Source of the DNA: Octopus vulgaris
Lineage: Eukaryota
DNA: 64,000 nt
Assembly (NCBI GenBank): GCA_951406725.2
Contig: OX597818.1
Coordinates: 83,142,001 to 83,206,000, forward strand
Direction of reading: 5' to 3'
Shown: piece by piece, positions 15,690-30,750 of the stretch
Layout: the number at the start of each line of letters is the position of its first letter
How positions within the stretch are numbered: position 1 is the first letter of the stretch
Position numbers and translations under genes: made by a program
The notes under the pieces: model-generated
Seen by the model: only the letters and a program-made list of their open reading frames with translations
Told to the model about the DNA's origin: nothing
Database searches by the model: none

Positions 15690-15830
15690 GAATCGCCAGC
15701 ATGCCAGGAAAGATACTTAGCAGCATTCTGTCGGTCCGCACGTTCTCAGTTCAAATTCCGCCTAATCCAACTTCATCATTCAATCAATCGAGGGCCATAA
15801 AATAAGTACCCATTGAACACCGTAGTTGAC
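15690..15830 (+). mobile_element. SINE family A, partial
   Basis: GCAGAATCG..CGTTCTCAGTTCAAATTCCGCC..ATAAAATAAGTACC. Confidence 0.65.
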
Positions 15831-17440
15831 ATACCTTTTCTCGCGTACTTTATTATATTTTATGTTATCAAATTTGCCATAATGGCAGTACATAGAGTAA
15901 GGTAGCTTGCGGACTGGACACGGACATAAATGGTGTGAATGATAATGATACAAGGATGATAAGGATGGGAGAAGACGAAAAGCGCCCGCCGACTTTTGCT
16001 TCTCTAAAACACCTGTTCTTTTTTTAAAAATTTACTGAATGAAGTATTAACCCTCGTGCAATTTTTACACTTCATGAACCAAAAAGTCCATTACAATTAA
16101 AAACGATTTAATAAAGCGATAAACCTATTACATAAATCGCCTTACTTCTCCCGTATTTGCTGACCTTGTGGCACAATTTGAAACTATTTTTATTATTGTT
16201 GTTGCTATTATTTTCCTTGTTTCTGTTCTAAAAGTTACCGAGAGGCTTCAAGGAACAGCTTGCTAGACGTTCTACACTGGGTGTTGTACATTCGTAGTAA
16301 TGGTATAATTGAAAAGAAGGAGACTAAATAATGACAATTAAGATTTCACAAAAGTTTCTTGCATACAGTGTTTCTCTCAGAATCGAGGCCGTACTCATGA
16401 GAACGATCTTGTATAGTTGTGATATATTTTGTGTTTCCTGGTATTCGAACATTGAATTTAAAACTTTAGATCGTTCGTGTAAAGAAAACGATGGATTAAT
16501 TTGTCAAATACTAACTTAAAATCCGCACTCCCTGTGGACCTATAAACTAGCTCCTGCGAAGGGCAAATTGAGCCTGCGGCCCAAAACTGAGGGAGCGATA
16601 ATAATAATAAAGCTTTCATTGGTAGCCTTCCGATACGGTATCCCTTTAAATTCAGTTTATATGAAAAGTTCACAAATTTTGGGAGCTCTTTAAAATTTTA
16701 ATTTTCTGCTGTTAGCGTATAACAAATCATCACCCAGACCTGATCTCAATGCTGGATGTTCAAGAACCAAATGAAGGGCTGATTTTCAATCCAGGTATCA
16801 CCCTGATTCCAAAAGGTTTGATATGTCTATGTAGAGCAAATGCAGACTGAGATACATGGGTCTTGGATGGAGAGACATACCGAATTCCGTGTTTATTATT
16901 ATAGATCCATACCTTGCGACATTTAAGAGCTTTCTTAGGGCAATATGATCCGTGCAAAAAACAGAGTTGGTGATAGGGAAACACCTTGAAAAGTGCGTCA
17001 TTCATCGGCCTTCACAGCATCTGTCTGGATTCTATGTTAGAACTGTCTCGCAGATCTGCAGACAGTTTCATAGAAAATTACCAATAATCAGACAGATTTA
17101 TAGATTGCCAAGAATTTCTCAATTCAATTATAGAAAAAGCTATTAAACGTTTTATTGTAATCAATCCAAGCAATGGAAAGATTATAACGTTGTTTATGGC
17201 AGTCTTCTAGAATCATTTTATTGATAAAAAAGCTGATATTTACCCCGTAACAGTCATATGTACCGCATTTTTGTTTGTCAATGAATATCCACCAGGAAGT
17301 TATATATGCGTATTCAATAGTGATAGATGTTCGTATTTTATATATTGTTGTAAGAAATGATATCGGTTGATGGTTTTGGAGGTTGTTTCGTCACATTTGA
17401 GGACTAAATAATTTACTTCATTTAGCAGACAGTGAGCGAT

Positions 17441-18113
<673 letters not shown>

Positions 18114-18120
18114 TGTTATT

Positions 18121-19085
<965 letters not shown>

Positions 19086-19629
19086 TGATAAAAACACTTT
19101 GCCGGGTATCATGGAAAGGGTCAGTAGCCCACAGACAGAAAATTAAGCGAATCATCATCCAGAATCTCTCGTCTGGTTGTGTCTTCAATCTAGTGGCACA
19201 TCGAGTTCCAGATGAATAGGGGAGACAGATGCAGTGGATAGTCAAAATGTCATAATTGCCTCATCTTGCTCTCTGCTCTTTACAATGTATTGCTGCATCC
19301 ACCTTCCTATCCGTTGCATCATGAACATTTCTTCCGATGAGTTCCAGTCTTCACATGTGTATGTAGTCAGTTATCCTACATTTGGGATCCTGGTAGGTGC
19401 TACTACGTCGGGTCAGAATAAGTCAGGTGTAAAGCTGCCGATCTGTACATTATACATCGTAATATTTATATCTCTGAGAAATACATTTGACCGAAAAGGG
19501 GGGATTCTTCCTTTCTTTTGAAAATATAACTCACCAAAACATATTTTACATTTATGAGGTTTTACGAAGTTCTAAGTGGATTAACCCGTGATAGGACTCA
19601 GAAGGCAAAGAAACCTAAGTAAATACTGG

Positions 19630-19842
19630 TTTCACAGTTTGGCAGAAGGCCAACATTTTCGATGGAGGGACTATGTCGATTGCATCAACCCCATTGCTCA
19701 GCTGTAATGTATTTTATAGACTCCTAAAAAATAAAAGTCAAAATCGACATCGGCAGAATTTGAACTCAGAACGTAATCATGGACAAAAATTCCACAAAAC
19801 ATTTTTCTCGGGATGCTAACGATTCCGCTAGTTCGGTGACTT
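19630..19842 (-). mobile_element. SINE family A
   Basis: AAAGTCAAAATCGACATCGGCAGAATTTGAACTCAGAACGTAA..GATGCTAACGATTCCGCTAGTTCG. Confidence 0.75.
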
Positions 19843-20689
19843 AGACCTACGTAAATACTGCAATACCTGTTGTCCTACAATCTGCTATTTTTCCAAGCTC
19901 CATCCGTAATAATTATTCCTTATAAGTAAGCCAGGTCGAATCCAATACCTCACTGGTGCATTTCGTTGAATTTGTCAAAGTAATACTAAAAACGCTTCGA
20001 ATTTGAACTAAGAACGTTAGAAGACATAATTATATAATTCAAGTGATTCTGCCTATCGTTCTTTAATAATTCAACAGGCCAATGTTTGATCCGTGATAAC
20101 TTCTTTCATAATTCTCATCCGTTTATTACGAATTTTAATGGGAAAGAACAAAAATATGTTGTTTCCTCTTTCATTCATTACGATATATTTTATGGAAAGA
20201 CATCTACTCTAATTCATGCAAAAAAAGTTTGTTACACCTAGCAGTGCAATCAGGGTTGGAAAACAATAATACTGCAAGGAATTTTCTCCAACCTTTTTAC
20301 AAATCCTCAATGCAGCTCCTTACACTGCTACCTTAATTTCGAGAACCAGAAGGAATGAAAAACAAATCTGGAATCGGTGGGATCTGATCTTAGAACCTAA
20401 GCAGCCCAAAACATATGCCATAAAGCAATATTGCCGAGCACTCTAACAATTCCGCTAATCCGCCACCCTTATTGCTTTTTTTTTACTACAAAGAATATAA
20501 ATAATAAGTATTCCAATAATAATAAAAATGTTAACAACAACAATGAACACAACTACAACGAGAACAATAACATCCATAAAAATTTATTTTGATCTTTCTG
20601 TTATTCTTCTCTCTTTTTTCCACCTATTTCTTTTATCTGTTTTCGTTTCTATGTACTACCTTTGGCTTTATCGATTCTACGTTACATCT

Positions 20690-20821
<132 letters not shown>

Positions 20822-21299
20822 ATTTTCTATATTTTTCATTCACTTATTTTACCCAATTTTTCTTTTCCTATCTATGATAGATATTTTCTCTTCATGTCTT
20901 CTTTCTTCTTATTTCTATTATATTTATTTCACACTAAACATAAAATTCTGTTCCGCTTGATTGTATTATATTTATGAACTGTTCATGTTCCGTTTGTTTT
21001 GATGGTTTCAATGAGGAGAAAAAAAAATGAAAAAGAAATTAAAATAATAACAAAAACAAAAACAACAGCAATAATAACAATGATGATGGGGCGATGAGAA
21101 GGAAGAAGAGAACAAGGATGATGTTGAATGTAAAAAAAAAGAAATGTTGGCTGCGTAAATAGATGACAATAGGTAGTAGAAACTTTTGATGTGTAAATGT
21201 GTGGACATGTCGACTTGGTCGCTCGCTGAATGTGTTTGTTTCATGTAGCTTATACACAAGAGTGTGAATCGATAGGGAGACGAGTTAACTAAGGTCACG

Positions 21300-21815
21300 C
21301 GATCATCGTCGTCGTTGTCGATATTGTTGTCGGCTTCGTCGTCGTCGTCATCATCATCGTCAATGCCGACACCAGCAATGCCATCATGCGAATGATTATG
21401 ATCATGTATATAATCATCTTCGATAATCATCATCCACGTTCCCATCGCCACCATGGCCCGTACCGTGATGATCGTCATGATCATCGTGATCGCCATGATC
21501 ATGAGCATAAGGATCGTCATCGTCGCCATCAGCACCATCGTCGACGCCATCATCATCATATTCGCCATCATCATCATCGCAGTCATCATCATCGCCATCA
21601 TCATCGTCACCATCATCATCGCCGCCATCATCATCGTGCCATCATCTTCGTCGTCATCATCATCATCATCATGATGAGGGTACTAGACTTATCATACCCA
21701 ACCACATCACGGCAACAATTACTAGCGGAATCACAATCACAAGCACCACCACCATTAGCACCACAAGCATCACCGGCACCACCACCACCACCACCAACAA
21801 CAACAGCAACAACAA
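21300..21815. repeat. Degenerate (ATC/GTC)n tract followed by (ACC/AAC)n tract
   Basis: Triplet-periodic and CpG-rich, with phase shifts near 21420 and 21638. Confidence 0.75.
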
Positions 21816-23365
21816 AAACTAGTGCCAACACGACAGACTTCGTTAACAGAAGCAGCTTACCATTCACAATGGATTTCTCACAAAGGATAGTGAACTGGAT
21901 TAGCTGTTTCATGTACATCTGACACAGAGGGGTTTAAGTTCAAATCAGGTCGTGAGGGTGGGCGACTGCGTGTTTCACTTTTATCATGCACGTGTATAAT
22001 CAAGTGCATTATAACCAGACATATACACACACAAAGAGACACACGCACACTCATAAATATATATACATGCTCATATCATCAAACGCTTCATAAAACTCTT
22101 ATCTTTCACTGTTTGTTCTTCCTTCTTTTCGGCTTTCCTTTTTCTCTACCTTTCTCTCTATCTCTTCCTCTCTGTCTGTCTGTCACTCTCTCTCTCTGTC
22201 TCTATCACTCACTATTTCTCTCTCTCTACACACAAATACACACGTATACTTAAATGCATGCATGCAAACATAAATGCAAATGGAGACATATGCAAATATA
22301 TATACATACAAAATTACACAGGCGCATATACGTATACAGTACTTGAAAACCGAAAGTAGGGGAATAAGCTTTTATGATCACAGCCGTCCGACGAGCGGGA
22401 ACGTGAAACTCCGTGTTAGAGTCTGTGAAGAGCTCTTTATTCTTAATAAAAATACATTCATAGTATATATATATGTATATATATACACGCACAATCATAT
22501 GTATTTATACAACCAGACTTATGAAACACACGAGCACAAGCAACTCTTTTGCGCTACTCATTACCAATATAGATTAATGTATGTGTGTGTGTGCATGTGT
22601 TTGTGAGTATGTGTGTGTTTGTTTGTGTGTGTGTCTTGTCTCCAGCCGCACAGTGTTTGTCATCTTTCTATATTTACATTTGTGTGTCGCAGTTGTTTTC
22701 GTCACTGTGGGAAAACCTTTGCACGATCTTCCCAACAGCTTTTCGTTGTTGACGCCACCAAAAGTGAGCAATATTATCGATAAATACGTGATGTTCTAAT
22801 GATGTTTTGCACGATAACTGACGAGGAAAGATCACGTCCATGTACTGTTTGAGAATTTTCCGCTATTTCTTTGTTAAGATTCTGAACAATTATTTAAATT
22901 GATATAAGTAACAATATAGAACATGGAGACTCGTTCATACTGAAAATGTATTTCCTCTTAGTGCACAATATTATAATGATTTTATTAGGGAATTTATGAC
23001 CTACACGTGTTTCCATTGCACAGATAATGAGCAGGTGCAAATGCATCTTGGCACGGTTGTCGGTGCAGCTTCATCAGGACCAACCCATTTAGTTAATTTC
23101 GAAGCCAACTCATGTTCAATATCGTTATAATTATTGCTGATATATATCAGACAATATTATCTTTCAGTGAAATGAACAGGGATTCATCCATGGGAGGAAT
23201 TTACAGAGTGACTTACAACTAATTGAAGTTATAGTCGTCAAATACCCTCGAACATATCGGAGAACCACCACGGTATCCGCCCTGATGATATATCCCTCTC
23301 TCTCTCTCTTTCTTTCTTTCTCTTTCACACATACATATATATCAATATATCTATCTATCTACCTA

Positions 23366-23417
<52 letters not shown>

Positions 23418-23429
23418 CACTACACTACC

Positions 23430-23461
<32 letters not shown>

Positions 23462-23483
23462 ATATGCATACATATATATGCTA

Positions 23484-23576
<93 letters not shown>

Positions 23577-23981
23577 TACTATATACGTATACGTGGGTGG
23601 ATAGAAGGATGGATAGATAGATGGATGGTTGGATGCATACTTTTCTATATAAATGTATATATACAGGATACAAGCGGTCGACAAATCGTGCGCATGCACG
23701 ACACAGACGCATGTAGATTACCAATAGGACACACCAGAACGTTTCTAAGGATCCTCACTAATGGAATCACATAGTCAGTGTCTGTAATGCTATATCTATT
23801 GTATTTTAAGACCAATTGTATAGAAGCTTGTCCTCGGATACGAGTTAGTTCTGCCTTATAGGCATGTCCATACATACATGAATACATACATATAACTATA
23901 CAAATACACATACATATACATGCATATATGTGTATGTATTTGTGTGTATACGTGTGTGTGCGTATGTGTGTGAAGTAATGA

Positions 23982-24240
23982 TACCATTGATTTTATGTTA
24001 AGAAAAGTAAGAAAATAGTGTTTTAACAATTTTTTAAGCCGATTACATGGAGAAAATGTTTTCCAAAATGGAGACGAACACCTTTTTCCCCGTGATCGGC
24101 TTCAAAAAATGTTAAGGCACCAGTATATTTTCTCAATTTTCTTAACATGAAACGAATGGTAGTCTTGATTTACAACTAAAGTAATTATACCCACCAACAT
24201 GGTGTTGCGCACTTATTTTCACCATTCGATATTGATGTGG
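23982..24240. repeat. Asymmetric fold-back element (arms about 23982-24060 and 24077-24161, unpaired extension to about 24240)
   Basis: TACCATT..ATGTTAAGAAAA..AAGCCGATTAC versus GTGATCGGCTT..TTTTCTTAACATG..AATGGTA. Same family as 56895-57085. Confidence 0.7.
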
Positions 24241-24453
24241 TCATCTGTACACACACACACACACACACACACAGATACACACACATCAGCACACGCTCAC
24301 ACCCATGCACACACACAATCACACACATAATGTAGTGTGTCTATGAGTCTACATCAATCTCTCTCTCTCTTTCTATATATATACATATATATATATGTAT
24401 AGATAGGTAAATAGATAGAAAGATAGATAGATAGTATATATATATATACATAC

Positions 24454-24490
<37 letters not shown>

Positions 24491-24519
24491 GATAGACAGA
24501 TATATATATATATATATAT

Positions 24520-24589
<70 letters not shown>

Positions 24590-24997
24590 GGATGGATATA
24601 AAGTGTGTGTGAACGTGTAACTAGTTGTTAATTCTCATTCTAGAACAAACACTATCAGACGATTGTAAAGTTCATGTATGTTCAGTGCCGGCAACTCTTT
24701 GTTCATTTACCTAACCCCCTTAGACACTTCAATCCCCTTTTAATCTAAAAATATCCGCGGAATTTTTGCTGAGGTTAAGGGAACATATTTGTTCCCTTTC
24801 TATCCTTTCAATTTGCACTCATTCGTCACGGCAAATTGGGAATGGAATGTATCGGCCAATGAAAAACGCAAAAAGTAAAAAGAAAAAACAATAACAAAGA
24901 CAGACAAAAAACAAAACACAAAGGCACTCTATGCGTAATACATAAGAATATCAGTGACATATGTATATTTGGAGATTTTTATAATTATTTATCCGAT

Positions 24998-25220
24998 ACT
25001 GGGGCGCCACCTTGTAGAGTTTTGCCATAGAAGTTGATCCCAGCGCTTATCTTTTATTTATGTGATAGGTATTTTATCGTTCTTTTGTGTCTGAGTCGCT
25101 AGTCTACTGGTACGTAAATACACTAATACCAGTTGGCTACCAGTGAGCGTGGTGTAAAAATCTAACACAAACGTGCATACATGTAACACACACCATTGAA
25201 CACACACACACACACATATA

Positions 25221-25290
<70 letters not shown>

Positions 25291-25346
25291 CTATTAATAT
25301 ATCAATGCAGTATTTATATATATAGATATACATATAAGTATATCTT

Positions 25347-25390
<44 letters not shown>

Positions 25391-25435
25391 ATCTATCTAA
25401 ATATCTATCTATCTCTCTCTCTCTCTATCTATCTA

Positions 25436-25483
<48 letters not shown>

Positions 25484-25713
25484 AGAGAGAGATTAATATA
25501 TAGATAGATATATGTAGATATATATATATGTATATATATTTGTCTATAGATGTGTACGAAATACACTTACAAGGCAATTAGTCAGACAGGACTATAGTAG
25601 AAGGCATTTGCCCCAACCAAGGCCCAAGGTGCCGTGCTGTGAGACTGAACTCAAAATCATGCGGCGGCTGCATTATTTTGAAAGTGATCTAACCACGTCG
25701 CCGTGCTTCCGCC
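24998..25713 (-). mobile_element. SINE family B split by a long internal microsatellite
   Basis: The 3' half at 24998-25170 (CTGGGGCGCCACCTT..) and the head at 25575-25713 (CCCAAGGTGCCGTGCTGTGAGACTGAAC..TGCTTCCGCC) are collinear on the minus strand around (CA)/(TA)/(TATC) repeats. Confidence 0.6.
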
Positions 25714-26185
25714 TATGAAATAATTGTGAAGTATTTTTTTTTCACTACTACTCTCACTCACGCGACCAGATGCTTGAATTTAATAAACTTGAAAGACATG
25801 ACTCACCTTACATTTACTCAACTACAAAAGATCAAAGTTGGTAATAATCATCCTCATTTAGTACCGAGCCACGTGCCAGTTCAAAGCCAAGCACGTCTGC
25901 TCTACGTCATTCCTTATTAATTTATTTTCAATAGCTGTGAATGATTAAATTGTTAAATCTCCAGACTACAATATATTATTATTGTATTTAGTTTTCTGAT
26001 TTCATTGAGGTTTAATCATGCCAAGGTCGACTTGAGGTTTTTTTTTTAGTGCAATAAAATAAGTACCACGCAATTTTTACGATTGATGTCAACCTTAATT
26101 TTCTCCCGCCGAAGTGTTTTTTGTTTTTACTTTCGCTCTTGTTAGAAATATTTACTTTTCTCATGACATATTATTATTATTATTA

Positions 26186-26251
<66 letters not shown>

Positions 26252-26386
26252 CAATAATAAATGATAATAATAAGCCCCCCATTTTTTAGTGGTACTTAAT
26301 TTATCGACCCCAAAAGTATAAAAGTCGACCAGCCAGAATTTAATAATAATAATTACAACAACAACACTAACAACAACAACAACAAC

Positions 26387-26433
<47 letters not shown>

Positions 26434-26451
26434 TAATAAACCTTTGTACTG

Positions 26452-26648
26452 TATTCACAAGGCCTAGATTTCGATGGAAGGGGTACAATCGATCAAATCG
26501 ACCACAGTACTCAACTGGTACTTAATTTATCGACTCCGAAATTATGAAAGGCAAAGCTCTTCTCGACCGAATTAGAACTCAGAACGTAGCATCGGGTGAA
26601 ATACCACTTAGCATTTTACCCGGCATGCAAACGATTCTGCCAGCTCCA
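26452..26648 (-). mobile_element. SINE family A, between (AAT)n tracts
   Basis: CAGTACTCAACTGGTACTTAATTTATCGAC..ATGAAAGGCAAAG..GAACTCAGAACGTAG..CGATTCTGCCAGCTC. Confidence 0.8.
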
Positions 26649-26653
26649 AGAAT

Positions 26654-26707
<54 letters not shown>

Positions 26708-26734
26708 TATAATAATAATAAAAATAATAATAAA

Positions 26735-27281
26735 AATGTCATTATTCTCTGGAATTTTTCAGTCAACACCGACAGAGTGATCCAGCTAATCGACCAGACA
26801 TATTCATTAAAGACAGAGAAAAGAACACGTGTACATTAATATATGTAAGTGTTCCTACAGATGAAAAATATTTGTAAAGGAATTTGACAAATTAAGTAAA
26901 TATAAGGACGTGGAAACTGAAATACAAAAGATGCTGCATCTTAAACCGAGAACCGTTCCTGTTATTGGGGGTGCCTTACGCAAGATAAGAAAGGGATGCC
27001 AGAAACATCTAGATAATATCCCAGGTGAACGATGTCTTAGAGAACTCCAAAATATTGAGGTGACAAGTACTGCCCACATCCTTAGAAAAACCCTGTCAAT
27101 TTAAATGTATGTGTTGTATTAAATGATGGTATTTCGCTACTGCCCCTACAACTTTCCCTCCCTAGATTTTAGTCATGTTGTAACATATCTTATCCTTCTC
27201 TAGCCCTAGAATGCTGGGTGTGTCTCCAGCGAGTGATTGTATCAAACATGCAGTTTAAAAGTAAAGATTAATAATAATAAA
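26735..27281 (+). mobile_element. R4/Dong-type non-LTR retrotransposon, 5'-truncated (REL domain + 3' UTR)
   Basis: NVIILWNFSVNTDRVIQ/NRPDIFIKDREKNTCTLIYVSVP../KEFDKLSKYKDVETEIQKMLHLKPRTVPVIGGAL..ELQNIEVTSTAHILRKTLSI* (stop at 27104, two frameshifts). Preceded by (AAT)n and ends in TAATAATAATAA. Confidence 0.85.
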
Positions 27282-27574
27282 TGCTCAGTTACTAGCTCTT
27301 ATGATTTCATATCTTAACTGACTAGAAGTGTTAGAATGTACACGTTTTATCTTGCTAGAAAAAACGTGTAATGCGACAAACTTGTTTGTCAGTTGTTTGA
27401 CCTTAACCAGTTGAGCACGTACCTTTGTGGCTGACGAAATATGGATCTCTGATCATTAGCAAGAGTAGTGGGAGGACATTATAGCCATATGTGGAGGGAA
27501 ATTCTTTGGGGCTTGAATAATTCTCCGTTGGAAGCATGGATGTTTTGAGCAATATCCTTAAACAACCTGTATTC

Positions 27575-27695
27575 AAGGTCGACTTTGATTTTCATCCTTT
27601 CGGTGTCGATAAATTAAGAACTAGCGAAACACTCAGGTCAATGTAATCGACTAGGCCTCTACACCCAAATTTCAAGCCTTGTTCCTTTAGTAGAA
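27575..27695 (+). mobile_element. SINE family A, 3' part
   Basis: AAGGTCGACTTTGATTTTCATCCTTTCGGTGTCGATAAATTAAG..TGTAATCGACT. Confidence 0.7.
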
Positions 27696-27964
27696 ATAAT
27701 TAGTATTAGTAGTAGTAGGTGGTGTTGCAATAGAGTGCAGTCCATTACAAATGCATTGTTATAAGCTGAATCATCTAATTAATAATAATATATACATAAC
27801 CTATGTTAACAAGCCTCTCCTTCATATCTTATGGATATATACAATAATTAGAAATTAATAACCGTGTATTACTGAAAAAAAATATCCGTATACTACTTTT
27901 CGGTGGACATTTCATTTCTTTCACAAGCAGTTTGTCTTCTTGTTATAATAGCGGATATTAAATC

Positions 27965-28175
27965 GGCCAGTTGGCAGATTTGTTAGCATACCGGGTAAAA
28001 TGCTTATCGTCGTTTCGTCCGTCCTTAAGTTCTGAGTATGAATTTGGTAGAGGTCAACTTTGCCTTTCATCATTTCGGGTTCGATAAAATATGTACCAGT
28101 AGAGCACTGGCGTTGACGTAATCGACTTAACCCTCCTCCGAAATTCCTGGCCTTGGGCTAAAATCTGAAACCAAT
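27965..28175 (+). mobile_element. SINE family A, full length
   Basis: GGCCAGTTGGCAGATTTGTTAGCA..GGTCAACTTTGCCTTTCATC..TCGATAAAATATGTACCAG..GTAATCGACTTAACCC..TGAAACCAATAAT. Confidence 0.85.
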
Positions 28176-28324
28176 AATATATATATATATATCGGTATTG
28201 ATATAATTGATATATTCATTTACTTAGCAGTTAAGAATGGAACTAAAACGAATTTAGTAAATATTTTGTAGCATATAGTTATGTCCATTTATGGTCTAAG
28301 AAATAATAATGCTTTAAAATTTTA

Positions 28325-28712
28325 TTACAAGGTCAGCGCTTATAGGTGGCGTTAGTCGATTACATCATCCCAAAAAGGATGAAAGGTTAAATTGATCTTA
28401 GCAGGATTTGATCTCTGAGTGTAATCAATTTGAAGGAATGCCGCTAAGCCTTTTGGTCGGTGCACTGAAGATGCTGCCATCTCGTTGCCTTATTATGATA
28501 TATTGTAATTCTTTCTTTTATGAGCAAAAATATGAAATTTTGGAGGAGAGTAAGAAATGATCGTATCGATGGACGCAATCAGGTGGATCTTTATCAAATA
28601 CGAAAGGATGAAATTTCAAGTAGAGCTTGACAAAACTCTAATCCGGAACGTAAAACAAAAAAGAAATGTCAGTAAGTATTTTGTCCGGCGTGCTAACATT
28701 TCTGGCAGCTCA
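28325..28712 (-). mobile_element. Two diverged SINE family A copies (about 28325-28492 and 28530-28712)
   Basis: AAAGGATGAAAGG..GCCGCTAAGC..GCTGCCATCTCG and GAAAGGATGAAA..GTCCGGCGTGCTAAC..TGGCAGCTC. Confidence 0.65.
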
Positions 28713-28819
28713 TTGTTTTATTCTGAGGTATAACAGTTCTAATAAACATCAACATTTCATTCATCAAGACGAAGTTATAAATATAGCAATAAAATATTTA
28801 GTAAAAGTTCATCGACTAA

Positions 28820-29700
28820 ACCTGTCATGACCAGACCACCACCCGTGAGCAATGTGCGACTCGCAGGATTTTCTGAATAGCACGCCTAACGAAACTTACA
28901 TTAAATTATTTTTAGAAGCGCAGCCAGCTTAATGACGAGTCATGTTACATGCGACGTGCACCACGTAAACGTTTGTTTGCCGCGACCAAAGTATCGTTTA
29001 AATTTCTAAGTTTTCCTTAATCTTACCAGCTCGTATTCGAAGCCATTAATTCTCTAAAGTTTCAAAGAAAGTATGCAGAAATCATGTAAATACATCTGAA
29101 AATATATTCTTAGTTACATGAGTCACATGAAATTGCCTATAGAGTTAACCGAATATATTTGCCTTGCCTTATTATTGAGAATCTTTCTTCTGAAACTTCT
29201 GTAATGAATCCTGAAATTATTCTGCATAAAACAGTGATATCTTCACTATTAGATTTACAGGACTAAGAAAATATTTCTTAGCATTTACACTGAGTGACTG
29301 GAAGCCGATTTAATGGATTATTAGACAAAAGAACAGCAACAAAAAAAAAGTATTTGCTGTTTTACGTATCCCATCTTCGGCGCTTCAGAAAGCCTCCAAA
29401 TGTGTATATTCTGATAAACCATTGATGGATTATTCACAGCTGAAAGGAGACATATTGAAAGTTGTAGAATGTTACGTTATCTTGAAATGCAGATTTTATG
29501 TGCTTTTCCCGTGAAGTTCAATTCGGACCCGAACACTAACAGCGTAGATTCCCTAAGTATTTGATATGCTAAAATGGCGGCAAAGTCTCGATCAAATTTC
29601 AGACGCTCGATTACAATTGAAGTAAAAATTGAATAACATAGTTCCTCCATTATATCAATCAAACTGTTTGTCTTGGACGTCTTTTCTTCATAATTCTGCT
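28820..29700 (-). mobile_element. Possible highly decayed hAT transposon 3' end
   Basis: A GC-rich end (28820-28870) loosely resembles hAT subterminal GGCCCGC arrays. Minus-strand SEERFSIIRQ..RLT loosely resembles the hAT dimerisation motif. Weak. Confidence 0.25.
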
Positions 29701-29952
29701 CAGTTATGGTAGGTGTGGAATTAAAAAAAAAAAAAAAACAATGTGGGATCCTATTCAATTCTGTATGCAAGAACGCTGATAGCACCTCCATATCCACTCT
29801 GCTACTATTAATACTTATTTTACTATTATTGAGCAAAGGGGAGGTGGTTGTACACGACTACCCAGCCTACAAAAAATAGGAGCCAAATCTCTTTCAAATC
29901 ACATGCTACCGTCTTAAACATGGAAGGATAAATAGGAATTATATACTTCTAT

Positions 29953-30278
29953 GTGAAGGCGCGTGGCTTAGTGGTTATGGGCATTCAGCTCATGATCGCA
30001 AGGTCGTGAGTTCAATTCCGGCGGTGCGTTGTGTCCTGGGGCAAGACACTTTATTTCCCGTTGCTCCAGTCCACTCAGCTGGCAAAAATGAATAATACCT
30101 GTATTTCAAAGGGCCAGCCTTATCATAGTCTGCGTCGCGCTTAATCTCCCCGAGAACTACATTAAGGGTACACGTGTTTGTGGAGTGTTCAGCAACTTAC
30201 ACGTTAATTTCACGAGCAAGCTGTTCCGTTGATCGTATCAGCTGGGATCCTCGTCGTCGCAACCGGCGGAGTGCTCCT
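29953..30278 (+). mobile_element. SINE family C (tRNA-derived), full length with 11-bp target-site duplication
   Basis: A-box TGGCTTAGTGG, B-box GAGTTCAATTCC, core GTGTCCTGGGGCAAGACACTTTATTTC..CCAGTCCACTCAGCTG. TATACTTCTAT is duplicated at 29942-29952 and 30279-30289. Confidence 0.9.
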
Positions 30279-30292
30279 TATACTTCTATATC

Positions 30293-30456
30293 GGTGCAAG
30301 CGTGATTGCGTTGTAAGAAGCTTGCTTCCCAGCAACATGGTTCCAGGTTCAGTTCCACTGCGTGGCAGCTTGGGCAAGTGAAATCTACCATAGCTCCGGC
30401 CTGACCAGGCCTTGTGGGTGGAATTGGTAGACGGAAACTGAAACAAACTCGTCATG

Positions 30457-30505
<49 letters not shown>

Positions 30506-30750
30506 GTGTGTGTGTGTGTTCGTCTTTGTGCTTGTCTTTGTGCTTGTGTTTGTCCTCCAGTACCACATGACAACCGGTGTTTGGGTGTTTACGTCCCCGC
30601 AAGTTAGCTGTTCGGCAAAACAGACATATAAGATATGTTCTAGGCTTTTAAAAAATAAGTCCTGGGGTCGACTCGTTCGACTACAGACCCTCCAAATCGG
30701 CGCTCCAGCCTGGTCGCGATCAAATGACTGCAAGAAGTAAAAGAAATGAA
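30293..30750 (+). mobile_element. SINE family B, full length
   Basis: GTAAGAAGCTTGCTTCCC..GGTTCAGTTCCACTGCGTGGC..GGTAGACGGAAACTGAAA..(TA)n..CCTGGGGTCGAC..GCTCCAGCCTGG. Confidence 0.85.

Noticed and set aside
16760-17150. FCTDHIALRKLLN resembling the Gypsy RNase H TDH motif
   Set aside because: An isolated short match with no supporting neighbouring motifs.
22690-22785. CFRHCGKTFARSSQ resembling a C2H2 zinc finger
   Set aside because: It lacks the two His ligands and the linker, and the frame closes shortly after.
29958-30030. tRNA-like segments here and at 13648, 34181 and 42711
   Set aside because: They are SINE heads with imperfect cloverleaves continuing into repeat bodies, not tRNA genes.
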